The position numbers and the translations under genes are program-made. A stretch of 64,000 nt of DNA from Escherichia phage T5_ev219. Below, piece after piece: positions 1 to 7,731 of the stretch. The notes beneath the pieces were generated by a model, which was not told the DNA's origin, made no database searches, and saw only the letters and a list, made by a program, of their open reading frames with translations. Position 1 is the stretch's first letter. Every line of letters begins with the position of its first letter. The stretch lies in the sequence record NC_134263.1. One strand, written 5' to 3'.

Positions 1-190
1 TTCGCTTCGAGCGGAAGGAACTGCGTCATCTCGCAAACCCAATACACTATTCAGTTGCCGCTGAATCTAGTGGACTAATCTAGAACTTCTCCCAAATCGT
101 AGGAATCGTGCTTTTTGGCAGCCAGTCCTAGGTCGAGCTAATACCTTAGTGAACTATGATGAGGATTTCTCCCCATCAATTTATATAAAT

Positions 191-219
191 ATTATAACAA
201 GAAATTAAGCATTAAGCAA
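191..219 (-). promoter_or_regulatory. sigma70-type early promoter (-35 TTGCTT, 17-bp spacer, -10 TATAAT on minus strand)
   Basis: Plus strand shows ATTATA 191-196 and AAGCAA 214-219 with 17-bp spacing; AT-rich upstream tract; same architecture recurs about 17 times on the minus strand. Confidence 0.6.
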
Positions 220-238
220 CTGCGTTTTTTCTTGAAAT

Positions 239-317
239 TGGTAGATCGCCTGGGACTCGAACCCAGAACCTTCCGATTAAAAGTCGGATGCTACTAAACC
301 TATTGAGCTAGCGACCT
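239..317 (-). tRNA. tRNA-Lys (anticodon TTT)
   Basis: Reverse complement folds as cloverleaf: acceptor AGGTCGC/GCGATCT, anticodon stem TCCGA/TCGGA with loop CTTTTAA, T-arm CTGGG-TTCGAGT-CCCAG, encoded CCA. Confidence 0.75.
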
Positions 318-506
318 ATTAGTAACCATTATATACTTCTTTAATAGAGTGGACTTTTAAATAGGGATGATTAGTATTAAACTCTACCATTACTTCATCC
401 CAATTTTTACCATAATGGGCAAGTAAGGATTTTGATGTATTCTTACCTAAACGTTTGTCACTTACTACTAATCGAAATACTTTCATTTCGAAATCCTCTA
501 TTAAAA

Positions 507-584
507 TGGAAGCGGGTGCAGGAATCGAACCTACCTCTTTCTAGCTTATGAGACTAGTGATCTCTACCAGAGATCTAACCCGCA
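507..584 (-). tRNA. tRNA-Met or Ile2 (anticodon CAT)
   Basis: U8, D-arm GATC-TCTGGTAGA-GATC, anticodon stem CTAGT/GCTAG with loop CTCATAA, T-loop TTCGATT, encoded CCA; position 1-72 appears unpaired (T-T). Confidence 0.65.
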
Positions 585-590
585 ATTGTT

Positions 591-668
591 TGGTCTCCGT
601 GGGAGGATTTGAACCCCCGACCCTATCGCCCCAAACGAAACGCTCTGACCAAACTGAGCTACACGGAG
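591..668 (-). tRNA. tRNA-Pro (anticodon TGG)
   Basis: Perfect 7-bp acceptor CTCCGTG/CACGGAG, D-arm GCTC-AGTTTGGTCA-GAGC, anticodon loop TTTGGGG, T-arm GGGGG-TTCAAAT-CCTCC, encoded CCA; one mismatch in anticodon stem. Confidence 0.65.
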
Positions 669-863
669 AATATTATTTCTTCAACCACAACAAAGATAAG
701 CCCAGCATACTAAAGCCGCTAACTAATCCGATACCTTTTTCTTCTATAGTAAAAGTATCTAGATTAAATGCTGTTATAGCTATTGGCATACACCATAATG
801 CCATAAAAACTTGAGCTATCTTGTGTTTCATTTTGCTTTCCTTCCCTTCACTTTATAAGATAT

Positions 864-892
864 ATTATACAGAGAATTAAGCAGAATAGCAA
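864..892 (-). promoter_or_regulatory. sigma70-type early promoter driving the tRNA cluster at 239-668
   Basis: ATTATA 864-869 and TAGCAA 887-892 on plus strand (rc TTGCTA-17 bp-TATAAT); AT-rich UP-like tract at 893-905. Confidence 0.6.
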
Positions 893-918
893 ATGAATTT
901 TTAATAAATTTACTTATT

Positions 919-1019
919 GTGTAGGCCACCTGGAGGCTATGAACCCCACGGCTGACAAAGAAGTTTGCGAGACCTCTCTTAAATGCCAGAATAGACCCGC
1001 CGATCTATCGGAACCTACA
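919..1019 (-). ncRNA. structured RNA candidate (tRNA-like, non-canonical)
   Basis: Ends pair as a 7-bp stem (TGTAGGT / GCCTACA), internal hairpin GATAGA-cccgccga-TCTATC and a T-loop-like GGGGTTCATAGCC; no ORF; lies in a transcribed tRNA island, but a canonical cloverleaf could not be built. Confidence 0.25.
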
Positions 1020-1039
1020 TAATAAGTAAACTTTATAGT

Positions 1040-1170
1040 GTCATTCTAGACAGGATTCGAACCTGTTATCACTTGTGCGGACTTACGAGAACCATTCTTT
1101 CACTCGAATCGAACGAGCTTCTGCCCTCGCCAAGTTGGTTTCCCCATCAACCACGCTAGAATGTTTGATT
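1040..1170 (-). ncRNA. tRNA-like element(s), unresolved
   Basis: Canonical T-arm ACAGG-TTCGAAT-CCTGT (rc of 1050-1066) and a second T-arm-like CTCG-AATCGAA-CGAG, but acceptor pairing implies either a 67-nt or a 120-nt molecule; possible Ser-type anticodon loop TTCGATT; not resolved by eye. Confidence 0.25.
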
Positions 1171-1284
1171 GTTTTCAGTGCAAGAGTCCGAGTCTTGGAC
1201 ACGACCGCTTCGCAAGTACATAGGCAGCTTATCATGAGTCAGCACTTCCGAATTGCTAGCTCCGTGTTCTGCACTGAAATTTTA

Positions 1285-1641
1285 TTAGTTTAACCGTAAA
1301 GTATTATCTACTTCACCATTAATTGTTCGGCATTCCTCTGGGATTGCCGGGGTGGCCTTGTATTCCCACCACTCAGCACCATCATATTCCCCACGTTCTA
1401 GCCAAGTTCCATCGGCAAACCATACATTACCATAAAGTAATTGTCCACCGTATCCAGAATCATATTCAAAGTCTAGGTTATTAAGAAAATCCTCAATATC
1501 TTCTTCTGCATAACCTAAAGGTAATACCCAAACTTTTTTATCCCCATAATACCCGAATTCTATTTTAATACACTTAACTTCAGAATTAGTATTTTTTAAG
1601 GCAAGTAACAGCTCTTCTTTAGCATTACGCATATTACGCAT
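1285..1641 (-). CDS. hypothetical protein (start trimmed to MRNMRN... to clear tRNA-Asp)
   Basis: ORF track 1285..1728; the N-terminal 29 codons overlap tRNA-Asp, so internal ATG at 1639-1641 is preferred. Confidence 0.5.
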   Translation of the reverse strand: MRNMRNAKEELLLALKNTNSEVKCIKIEFGYYGDKKVWVLPLGYAEEDIEDFLNNLDFEYDSGYGGQLLYGNVWFADGTWLERGEYDGAEWWEYKATPAIPEECRTINGEVDNTLRLN

Positions 1642-1666
1642 AATATATTCCCATACTGGATTAATT

Positions 1667-1743
1667 TGGCGCGACCGATGGGATTTGAACCCACATTCTC
1701 TCCCGTGACAGGGGAGTACCATTACCAAGCCAGCCCCGGTCGC
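1667..1743 (-). tRNA. tRNA-Asp (anticodon GTC)
   Basis: Acceptor GCGACCG/CGGTCGC, anticodon stem CTCCC/GGGAG with loop CTGTCAC, T-arm GTGGG-TTCAAAT-CCCAT, discriminator G, encoded CCA. Confidence 0.8.
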
Positions 1744-1752
1744 ATAATTTAT

Positions 1753-1938
1753 TTACTCAGCTTTGAGTTTTTCAATAGCTGCATTAAGTTCTTTAAGAAA
1801 CTCTTTTCGTACATTAAGACGATTGAGACTTACTAGTATATCATGTTTAAGTTCTTCGATGTATTTCTTTTCAACTTCAATATTGTTGATAGTGCTATCA
1901 CGATGAACTTCTAACTGTGCAATTACATTCTTGGACAT
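1753..1938 (-). CDS. hypothetical small protein (61 aa)
   Basis: ORF between tRNAs on the transcribed strand; coiled-coil-like composition. Confidence 0.4.
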   Translation of the reverse strand: MSKNVIAQLEVHRDSTINNIEVEKKYIEELKHDILVSLNRLNVRKEFLKELNAAIEKLKAE

Positions 1939-2040
1939 GCTTGTTTCCTCAGTTATTAATGAAAATGGTATCTGTGGCTGAATTCGATGTCAGCAATGAT
2001 AGCTGGTTGGCTACCGGTTTACTTAACTCTACACAGAATT

Positions 2041-2118
2041 TGGCGGTTCCTGCTGGATTCGAACCAGCAACCCTCAACTTAACAAGATGCCGCTCTAACC
2101 AATTAGAGCTAAGGAACC
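2041..2118 (-). tRNA. tRNA-Asn (anticodon GTT), tentative
   Basis: Acceptor GGTTCCT/AGGAACC, T-arm GCTGG-TTCGAAT-CCAGC, encoded CCA, anticodon loop TTGTTAA; anticodon stem has two mismatches. Confidence 0.5.
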
Positions 2119-2613
2119 ATATAAGTCAGAACTAGAGTTAATACGTTCTAGATATTTACTAAGATCCCTAGAATTTATACTAAACCACTCATGTTCTTTT
2201 AAATCTTTGAAATACTGGTGAATTAGTTTTTCACCTTTTCGTTTGTCAAACCAAAAAGACCAATGCTCTAACTTATAATCCCTATAAGGGGAATAAGTCT
2301 GATATTGAGCTAATCTCTCTTTTGGATTTTGACTCATACCTATTTTATACTGATTTTTCCATGCAGGATTACTAATACAGTATACAAAACCTTCAGAAAT
2401 AGGAAGTTTATTTTCCTGCTTAAACTTTATAAAGGAAAGTGCAGCAAGTTTTCTCGAATACATAGTATTTGTATTCTTTTTGGTATTACCATTGGTTCCT
2501 GAAAGATTTATATATTCTTCCATAAATCTCTGGATTAGTTCTGCGGTTATATAGAAGGGCTCATTAGTAACAACGCCTTTCTTTACCAAACTATCAAAAA
2601 CTTTTGTATGCAC
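2095..2613 (-). CDS. T5orf172-domain (GIY-YIG-like) protein
   Basis: Motif GFVYCISNPAWKNQYKIGMSQNPKERLAQYQT matches the T5orf172/MUG113 signature (NP..YKIG....ERL..Y.T); 3-prime end overlaps tRNA by about 24 nt. Confidence 0.65.
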   Translation of the reverse strand: MHTKVFDSLVKKGVVTNEPFYITAELIQRFMEEYINLSGTNGNTKKNTNTMYSRKLAALSFIKFKQENKLPISEGFVYCISNPAWKNQYKIGMSQNPKERLAQYQTYSPYRDYKLEHWSFWFDKRKGEKLIHQYFKDLKEHEWFSINSRDLSKYLERINSSSDLYGSLALIG

Positions 2614-2634
2614 TACTTCTTTCCTTTAGTAATT

Positions 2635-2710
2635 TGGACGACCGCATGAGATTTGAACTCACATAAAAAGGATTTGCAATCCTTCGCCTAAGCCATTCAG
2701 CCAACGGTCG
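2635..2710 (-). tRNA. tRNA-Cys (anticodon GCA)
   Basis: Acceptor CGACCGT/GCGGTCG, anticodon stem AAGGA/TCCTT with loop TTGCAAA, T-arm GTGAG-TTCAAAT-CTCAT, encoded CCA. Confidence 0.75.
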
Positions 2711-2897
2711 ATTTATCTTGTTTTTCGAGATCTTCAAATTCTAAATCATTGAAGTTCCCTAGAGTACGGGAGTAGAACCCGTCTCCTGCGTCATAGCCTG
2801 ATTTGCCACAATCACACATTTTAAATTCACGAAGATGTGTGAAAATATGCTCAGAACCACAACACTTAAATCTAACTAATCGTTTCATTAGTTTCAT
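2697..2897 (-). CDS. small Cys-rich protein (zinc-ribbon-like, 66 aa)
   Basis: CCGSEH...CDCGKSG cysteine pairs; promoter at 2926-2954 immediately upstream. Confidence 0.5.
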   Translation of the reverse strand: MKLMKRLVRFKCCGSEHIFTHLREFKMCDCGKSGYDAGDGFYSRTLGNFNDLEFEDLEKQDKSTVG

Positions 2898-2925
2898 TAG
2901 CTTCTCCAGTTCAATTTATATAATT

Positions 2926-2954
2926 ATTATATAGAACTTTTGGAAACTAAGCAA
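2926..2954 (-). promoter_or_regulatory. sigma70-type early promoter
   Basis: ATTATA 2926-2931, AAGCAA 2949-2954, 17-bp spacer. Confidence 0.55.
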
Positions 2955-3231
2955 CTACATTTTTTAAGAATTTGATGTCTTTCTTCTTCTTATATTTCCA
3001 CGTTAATGGATTCTGTCGATTGTGAACGCTTGAGATCTTCGTCTCGTCAAAGTTCTTCAATATCATGTAATCACAAGATAATTGTTCTAATGGAATGTGA
3101 TCACCGTCAAAAGCATATACATAAGGCTGTTGACTAGCACGATAATGATAGACTTTGTTAATTCTACGTTTCAGCGACTTATCAGCGCAGTAAATAAAGA
3201 AGTTTTCAGGATGCATCAGCATCTCCTTCAA
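2947..3231 (-). CDS. hypothetical protein (94 aa)
   Basis: ORF on transcribed strand between tRNA and promoter. Confidence 0.45.
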   Translation of the reverse strand: MKEMLMHPENFFIYCADKSLKRRINKVYHYRASQQPYVYAFDGDHIPLEQLSCDYMILKNFDETKISSVHNRQNPLTWKYKKKKDIKFLKNVVA

Positions 3232-3233
3232 TT

Positions 3234-3308
3234 TGGTGCACCCTGTTCGTATCGAACGAACCTCTCAAGCTCTTCAGGCAAGCGCTAATCCATCTCAGCT
3301 AAAGGTGC
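3234..3308 (-). tRNA. tRNA-Phe (anticodon GAA), tentative
   Basis: Acceptor GCACCTT/AGGGTGC, T-arm GTTCG-TTCGATA-CGAAC, anticodon loop CTGAAGA, encoded CCA; anticodon stem has two T-T mismatches. Confidence 0.5.
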
Positions 3309-3399
3309 AAATTTTGGCAAACCTACTAGGACTCGAACCTAGACCGTACGGTTTTGGAGACCGACATGCTGTCCAGTAACACTCTAGGAATGCAGAAAT

Positions 3400-3476
3400 T
3401 GGCGTCCTGTGCGGGGATCGAACCCGCAAATCCTACCTTGAAAGGGTAGTGACTTTACCAGTTTGTCTAACAGGAC
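3400..3476 (-). tRNA. tRNA-Glu (anticodon TTC)
   Basis: Acceptor GTCCTGT/ACAGGAC, anticodon stem CTACC/GGTAG with loop CTTTCAA, T-arm GCGGG-TTCGATC-CCCGC, encoded CCA. Confidence 0.8.
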
Positions 3477-3483
3477 TTAAATT

Positions 3484-3574
3484 TGGTGTTGGATGATGGA
3501 GTCGAACCACCCGAGACCCTTCCGAGTCGGCAGATTTACAGTCTGCTTCGCTACCTCTACGATACTAATCCAAC
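3484..3574 (-). tRNA. tRNA-Tyr (anticodon GTA), long variable arm
   Basis: Acceptor GTTGGAT/ATCCAAC, anticodon stem GCAGA/TCTGC with loop CTGTAAA, long variable arm, T-arm GTGG-TTCGACT-CCAT, encoded CCA. Confidence 0.8.
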
Positions 3575-3637
3575 ATATTTAAAAGTATTCAAATACTAGT
3601 TTAAACACTTTTAAATATGTTTCCGAATTAGATAACT

Positions 3638-3666
3638 ATTATACCAAGTTTTAAGGCACTGAGCAA
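3638..3666 (-). promoter_or_regulatory. sigma70-type early promoter driving tRNA-Tyr/Glu cluster
   Basis: ATTATA 3638-3643, GAGCAA 3661-3666, 17-bp spacer; followed at 3655-3695 by a 13-bp perfect inverted repeat. Confidence 0.5.
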
Positions 3667-3702
3667 GTCAAATTTTAAAGAACTTGCTCAGTGCTGTATT
3701 AG

Positions 3703-3978
3703 TTAGTCGAACTTAGGAGTGACAGTTAAGGAGAACGGAAGTTCGAAAACTTCTTCGCCCTCATTACTAACGGTAACTACACGACCTTTAAGTTCAGACA
3801 TTAAAATATCAATATCAGCTTTTGCATCTGGAGCCATGCCAGCTTCAATACATTTAGCTTTAACTTCCGGTAAAAGCTCTACGTTATAGAGATAGAGCCA
3901 CTCAATCTCACCTTCCCAGTCTTCCCAGGATTTGCAGATTGCACTTTCAATACCAGTTGCTACAACACGATTTTGCAT
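3703..3978 (-). CDS. hypothetical protein (91 aa)
   Basis: ORF with promoter at 4009-4038 upstream. Confidence 0.5.
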   Translation of the reverse strand: MQNRVVATGIESAICKSWEDWEGEIEWLYLYNVELLPEVKAKCIEAGMAPDAKADIDILMSELKGRVVTVSNEGEEVFELPFSLTVTPKFD

Positions 3979-4008
3979 TAATTAACTCCTTCATCAATTT
4001 ATATAACT

Positions 4009-4038
4009 ATTATACCAGAAATTTAAAGTAAAAGGCAA
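4009..4038 (-). promoter_or_regulatory. sigma70-type early promoter
   Basis: ATTATA 4009-4014, -35-like AAGGCA 4032-4037. Confidence 0.45.
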
Positions 4039-4068
4039 GTACATTTTTAAAAATTCTGTTTGGAGGAG

Positions 4069-4275
4069 CTAAACTCCAGATTTTTCGGCCAAGTCTAGAC
4101 TAATAAGAGTTATAGCCATAATTGCTGCACCGTGTTCTTTTTCTCCGGTGTTTTTAGCAGAGTCTATAATATCCTTAATCTGTTCGTAATAACTTTTTAC
4201 TTCTTGTTCAATGCCTGCCTCGGCTATCATGCCTTTAGCCATGAATCGTTGCATGGTAATTTCAGGATTAGCCAT
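4069..4275 (-). CDS. hypothetical protein (68 aa)
   Basis: ORF; start ATG overlaps stop of an upstream 55-aa ORF (ATGGCTAA), suggesting translational coupling. Confidence 0.5.
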   Translation of the reverse strand: MANPEITMQRFMAKGMIAEAGIEQEVKSYYEQIKDIIDSAKNTGEKEHGAAIMAITLISLDLAEKSGV

Positions 4276-4437
4276 GTTGTTTCTCCAGTTTCATTTTTAA
4301 TAGTTTACAGATGAAATCAACGTCTTCATCTGTGCCTAAGTCTCTATCCTCAAGGGTCGCCTTGAAGTTTTTCGTCAATTCCATGAGGATGATTTCCCTA
4401 GAACGACGTGTTGGCGGAGGTGGATGTCTATACATCT
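4273..4437 (-). CDS. hypothetical small protein (about 55 aa, below ORF-track cutoff)
   Basis: Hand-translated MYRHPPPPTRRSREIILMELTKNF...; stop overlaps next start. Confidence 0.3.
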
Positions 4438-4450
4438 TATTTCCTTAATT

Positions 4451-4527
4451 TGGTAGGGGTGGTGGGATTCGAACCCACAAAACCTGAATTTTAAGTCCAG
4501 TACCTATGCCAATTCGATTACACCCCC
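4451..4527 (-). tRNA. tRNA with anticodon TAA (Leu-type anticodon, short variable arm), tentative
   Basis: Acceptor GGGGGTG/CACCCCT, anticodon stem CTGGA/TTCAG with loop CTTAAAA, T-arm GTGGG-TTCGAAT-CCCAC, encoded CCA; D-arm poorly paired. Confidence 0.5.
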
Positions 4528-4628
4528 GTGTAATCAGTTTATTAGTTGATACATATTATAGCCTAAAGAAAACCCTACTACTAATCCTACTAACCAACCA
4601 ATATAATAATCTTTTAATTTCACGGGTG

Positions 4629-4814
4629 TCAACCTCGTTCAATATCTAGAGAAATACCACAGGTAGGATTAATGCCTGTGCCTTTGCACGTCGGACAAAC
4701 CCAGATATTACAGAATGTATCCCCTGCTTCTGCATCAGAACTTTCTCCAACTCCTAGACAGTCAGGACAGGCACATTCTTCTAGCTCTTGCTTGAGTTCT
4801 TGAAACTTAGACAT
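4629..4814 (-). CDS. small Cys-rich protein (61 aa, CxxC pairs, zinc-finger-like)
   Basis: CACPDC...CPTCKGTG...C motif pattern. Confidence 0.5.
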   Translation of the reverse strand: MSKFQELKQELEECACPDCLGVGESSDAEAGDTFCNIWVCPTCKGTGINPTCGISLDIERG

Positions 4815-4823
4815 ATAGTTTCC

Positions 4824-5012
4824 TTATTCAATTACTTTTGAGGCTTCAAGGGAGTCGATATAGTGTACGTTTTCTACCATAATCATATAATCTGCCACTT
4901 TATCCATAGCCTGAGCTTCAGAGGTAGCCCTGGCTAACCTATATCCTTTTTTATATTCATCCGGGTATTCCCTATCTGGAATAAACACAACATAAACTAG
5001 GTATAGTTCCAC
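4824..5012 (-). CDS. hypothetical protein (62 aa)
   Basis: ORF directly downstream of tRNA-Met on the transcribed strand. Confidence 0.4.
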   Translation of the reverse strand: MELYLVYVVFIPDREYPDEYKKGYRLARATSEAQAMDKVADYMIMVENVHYIDSLEASKVIE

Positions 5013-5033
5013 TTGTAACCCCTCTAATTAAAC

Positions 5034-5111
5034 TGGTGGCTCCCCGAGGATTCGAACCTACGTACCTTCCGGTTATGAGCCGGGTGCTCATACCATATGA
5101 GCTTGAGAACC
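5034..5111 (-). tRNA. tRNA-Met (anticodon CAT), tentative
   Basis: Acceptor GGTTCTC/GGGAGCC with G-U pairs, anticodon loop CTCATAA flanked by CCGG stems, T-loop TTCGAAT, encoded CCA; T-stem imperfect. Confidence 0.55.
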
Positions 5112-5117
5112 AGAATT

Positions 5118-5207
5118 TGGCGGAAGAAGTGGGAATCGAACCCACAAGGCTATATTTCAAACCGACAGATTAGCAATCTGCTGCAATACCGTTATGCTAT
5201 TCTTCCG
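5118..5207 (-). tRNA. tRNA-Ser (anticodon GCT), long variable arm
   Basis: Acceptor GGAAGAA/TTCTTCC, anticodon stem CAGA/TCTG with loop TTGCTAA, long variable arm, T-arm GTGGG-TTCGATT-CCCAC, encoded CCA. Confidence 0.8.
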
Positions 5208-5221
5208 AATTTATAAGATAT

Positions 5222-5250
5222 ATTATATTAGAAATTTAGCTTCATAGCAA
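5222..5250 (-). promoter_or_regulatory. sigma70-type early promoter driving tRNA-Ser/Met cluster
   Basis: ATTATA 5222-5227, TAGCAA 5245-5250, 17-bp spacer. Confidence 0.55.
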
Positions 5251-5310
5251 GAAAATTTTTCAAGTTTTCGGTAGACATCTCATCCACATCTACAGGAGAA
5301 ACAAATCCAT

Positions 5311-5745
5311 TTAATTGTCTAGCAAATTTTCACCAGCAGGATCATTATCCCCAACAGCTACCAATTTAAAAGGTAATAATTTCAGTTGCTTTAATAACGC
5401 TTTTCCTGGAGAAGAACCCAACATTGCTAGGGCTGGATAACCAGCGTTATGTAACGCAACTGCCTTAAATACAGATTCAGCGATCAATACTACTTTTTCA
5501 TCTCCATTGAGAGTTTCTAGTCCCCATACACACTGGGTAGTAGAATAAGTAAAATATTTAGCTTCAAAGGGACACTTACCATGACCTTTTGGAGCAGAAG
5601 GATTATAAGTTTGATAGCCCCTCAACATCCCAGAGAAGTCATACAACGGGACTGTTAGCCATCCTTCCGGACTTAACCAGCAATGATATTTTTCTGTATC
5701 AAATCCTCTAGATAAGAGGTGCTGTGTTAGCTCATCAACATTCAT
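5311..5745 (-). CDS. stand-alone TOPRIM-domain protein
   Basis: IAESVF (Toprim Glu) and VAVGDNDPAG (DxD) motifs; start moved to MNVDELT because ORF-track start lies upstream of the promoter at 5776-5804; RBS GAGAGAGGAA. Confidence 0.5.
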   Translation of the reverse strand: MNVDELTQHLLSRGFDTEKYHCWLSPEGWLTVPLYDFSGMLRGYQTYNPSAPKGHGKCPFEAKYFTYSTTQCVWGLETLNGDEKVVLIAESVFKAVALHNAGYPALAMLGSSPGKALLKQLKLLPFKLVAVGDNDPAGENLLDN

Positions 5746-5775
5746 ATCTGGTTCCTCTCTCAAATTTATAGATAT

Positions 5776-5804
5776 ATTATACAGAGAATTTAGCATTCAA
5801 GCAA
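5776..5804 (-). promoter_or_regulatory. sigma70-type early promoter
   Basis: ATTATA 5776-5781, AAGCAA 5799-5804, 17-bp spacer, conserved downstream ATAAATTTGAGAGAGG leader. Confidence 0.6.
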
Positions 5805-5920
5805 TCAAATTTTTTAACTTTTTAGAGGAAAATCATAGGGCACTTAAGGGCAGCAGATAAGTGGTGAGGACCAAAATTTGTGACCCCACTAAAAATCCGG
5901 GGGCAATTTTTAAAGACCCT

Positions 5921-5949
5921 TTGACATTTTCGCCGGGGTAGTGTAAAGT
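5921..5949 (+). promoter_or_regulatory. plus-strand sigma70 promoter (TTGACATTTTCGCCG class)
   Basis: TTGACA 5921-5926, 17-bp spacer, TAAAGT -10; the 15-mer TTGACATTTTCGCCG recurs at 34561. Confidence 0.5.
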
Positions 5950-6011
5950 ATATGTTATGGATGAGTGATCAAAGAGACACACATTTTCTATATACTAGGA
6001 GGTGTCAAAAA

Positions 6012-6992
6012 ATGACAGAAGAAGTAGCTAAGAGTCCTGAGACCGTCGCTAGCGTAGCAGCAGAACTGCATCGTCACGAGGAATCAGATAAGAAAAAGTG
6101 GGAGAAGGTCAGAGCCTACGAAGAAGAACATCGTGAACACGATGATAAAGATGAAGAAGATGACGATGATGTACGTTGTCATAAATATGGAAAATATAAA
6201 ATGCAAGAACCAGTAAACGTATTTACTAACGGCTTCCCTGGCATGGGTGCATTCCCAGCTAACGCAAGTGCTTTCGGTGGAGAAGGTATGGGTCTATTCG
6301 GAGCTATCCTAATCGGTGCTCTATTAACCGGCGGATTTGGTGGTTTTGGTGGTTTTGGTCGTGGTGCTGGCGTTGCCGCTGAAGGAACCGCTGTGGACGC
6401 GATCCTTTCTAACCAGGATACTGCAAGTATTCTAGCTGCAATCAATACTACTCGTACAGAAGCTAACCAGGGCACTGGGGCTGTTCTAAGTGCAGTAAAC
6501 GGTGTGGGAGCTGCTCAAGCTGCTAGCACTCAGCAAGTTCTGACTACTATCTACGGTACAGGTGCTAATCTGTCAAACCAGATCTGTGCTGAAACTCGTA
6601 ACGTTATTCAGGGTCAGTTCGATCTTTCTCGTCAGATGGATCAATCTTTCGCTGCTAACCAGATAGCACGTGCTCAAGATAAGTTTGACTCTGCTCAGAT
6701 TGCTTTCCAGCAGTCTATTCAGACCAACAACCAGTTTGCCGCTGTTCAGGCTCAGATGTGCGCTAACCAGAACGCTATCGAACGTCAGCTTGCTGAATGT
6801 TGCTGTGAGCTTCAGACTGCGATCGCTGGTGTAACTACTGCACGTATCCAGGACGAACTGAATGAATGCCGTCTGCGCGAAGCAATCGCTGCAGGTAGCG
6901 GTGCAAATGGTCAGGTAATCAACCAAATCGCTGTAAGTCTTGGTGCTATCACTCAGACTCTGGCTGGTCTGCAGGCTAAACTGCCGGCTTAA
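6012..6992 (+). CDS. hypothetical protein: acidic N-terminus, Gly-rich hydrophobic segment, Q/A/N-rich C-terminal half
   Basis: AGGAGG RBS before ATG 6012; DDKDEEDDDD tract, GMGLFGAILIGALLTGGFGGFGGFG segment; host-like optimised codons (CGT, CTG, GGT). Confidence 0.6.
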   Translation: MTEEVAKSPETVASVAAELHRHEESDKKKWEKVRAYEEEHREHDDKDEEDDDDVRCHKYGKYKMQEPVNVFTNGFPGMGAFPANASAFGGEGMGLFGAILIGALLTGGFGGFGGFGRGAGVAAEGTAVDAILSNQDTASILAAINTTRTEANQGTGAVLSAVNGVGAAQAASTQQVLTTIYGTGANLSNQICAETRNVIQGQFDLSRQMDQSFAANQIARAQDKFDSAQIAFQQSIQTNNQFAAVQAQMCANQNAIERQLAECCCELQTAIAGVTTARIQDELNECRLREAIAAGSGANGQVINQIAVSLGAITQTLAGLQAKLPA

Positions 6993-7013
6993 AATTAAGG
7001 GGAGGAGCCCATT

Positions 7014-7430
7014 ATGAGTAAATATGGTTTTGTGAACAACGGATTTAATCAACCAATGGGCTCCCAGCAGCCCGTTCCGGGTCTGGATAATCCTTACCTA
7101 CAACAGTTGCAACAGCGTTTAGCAGAAGCGCAACAGATGCAGCAACAACTCCAGCAAAACCCTGGAAGTGTGAGTCCTATGCAAATGATGCAGCAAATGA
7201 GCGGGCAGTCGCAAATGCCTCAACAAATGCATCAACAGGTGACTCAGCAGCAAGTTCAGCAGCAAACCCAACAACCGCAGGTTTCTGCGGAAGGACAGGC
7301 AGTACTAGCCCTTTTCGAAGACTTCGCAAAGACAGAGGATGGGAAGCAGCTTGTATCACTTATGGGTAAGTTTAATAGCTTCTGCCAAAGCCAAATTGCA
7401 AAAGCTCAAAATAGCGGTAATAACTCCTAA
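7014..7430 (+). CDS. hypothetical Q-rich protein (138 aa)
   Basis: RBS GGGGAGGAG; extended polyglutamine-rich low-complexity region. Confidence 0.55.
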   Translation: MSKYGFVNNGFNQPMGSQQPVPGLDNPYLQQLQQRLAEAQQMQQQLQQNPGSVSPMQMMQQMSGQSQMPQQMHQQVTQQQVQQQTQQPQVSAEGQAVLALFEDFAKTEDGKQLVSLMGKFNSFCQSQIAKAQNSGNNS

Positions 7431-7439
7431 GGAGGAATT

Positions 7440-7634
7440 ATGTGTTGCAGAAAATCTGTTTCGTGCTGCCCAATGCCTGTAGCACGTTGTTGCTCTCCAG
7501 CAATGTTTACGCAAATACCGGCGTTCAATCCGTTTGCCTTTAAGCCTACTCTTATCCTGCCCCCTAGAGTAGATTTTCAGTCAAGATTGGCCTCCCGTAT
7601 GGGTGGTTGCTGTAACAAGAGTATATGGTTCTAA
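7440..7634 (+). CDS. hypothetical Cys-doublet peptide (64 aa, four CC pairs)
   Basis: RBS AAGGAGGA; MCCRKSVSCC...RCC...GGCC pattern. Confidence 0.5.
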   Translation: MCCRKSVSCCPMPVARCCSPAMFTQIPAFNPFAFKPTLILPPRVDFQSRLASRMGGCCNKSIWF

Positions 7635-7649
7635 GGAACCAAACAATAA

Positions 7650-7686
7650 AGCCCCTAGTCGAAAGACTTAGGGGCTTTTCTTTTAT
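7650..7686 (+). terminator. rho-independent terminator ending the plus-strand module
   Basis: Hairpin AGCCCCTA-gtcgaaagac-TTAGGGGCT followed by TTTTCTTTT. Confidence 0.7.
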
Positions 7687-7690
7687 CTTA

Positions 7691-7731
7691 AATACAGAAA
7701 AGCCCTGCGCTCTCCAGGGAACGCAGGGCTT
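7691..7731 (-). terminator. rho-independent terminator for minus-strand SPFH gene
   Basis: Hairpin AAGCCCTGCG...CGCAGGGCTT followed on minus strand by TTTTCTGTATTT. Confidence 0.65.

Noticed and set aside
548-814. Plus-strand ORF of 88 aa
   Set aside because: Lies antisense across two well-folded minus-strand tRNAs (507-584, 591-668); amino-acid sequence is the translation of tRNA structure.
1075-1293. Plus-strand ORF of 72 aa
   Set aside because: Antisense to the tRNA-like structured region at 1040-1170; no RBS.
1917-2135. Plus-strand ORF of 72 aa
   Set aside because: Overlaps tRNA 2041-2118 and the 3-prime end of the T5orf172-domain gene on the opposite strand.
3316-3345. Additional tRNA immediately upstream of tRNA-Glu
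   Set aside because: A clean T-arm (CTAGG-TTCGAGT-CCTAG) is present but no acceptor stem partner or anticodon arm could be found within tRNA length; may be a tRNA remnant.
4972-5160. Minus-strand ORF of 62 aa
   Set aside because: Is the in-frame translation of tRNA-Met and the start of tRNA-Ser.
6179-7052. Minus-strand ORFs 6179..6475 and 6573..7052
   Set aside because: Shadow ORFs antisense to the GC-richer, codon-optimised plus-strand gene 6012..6992; Pro/Ala-rich translation typical of antisense frames.
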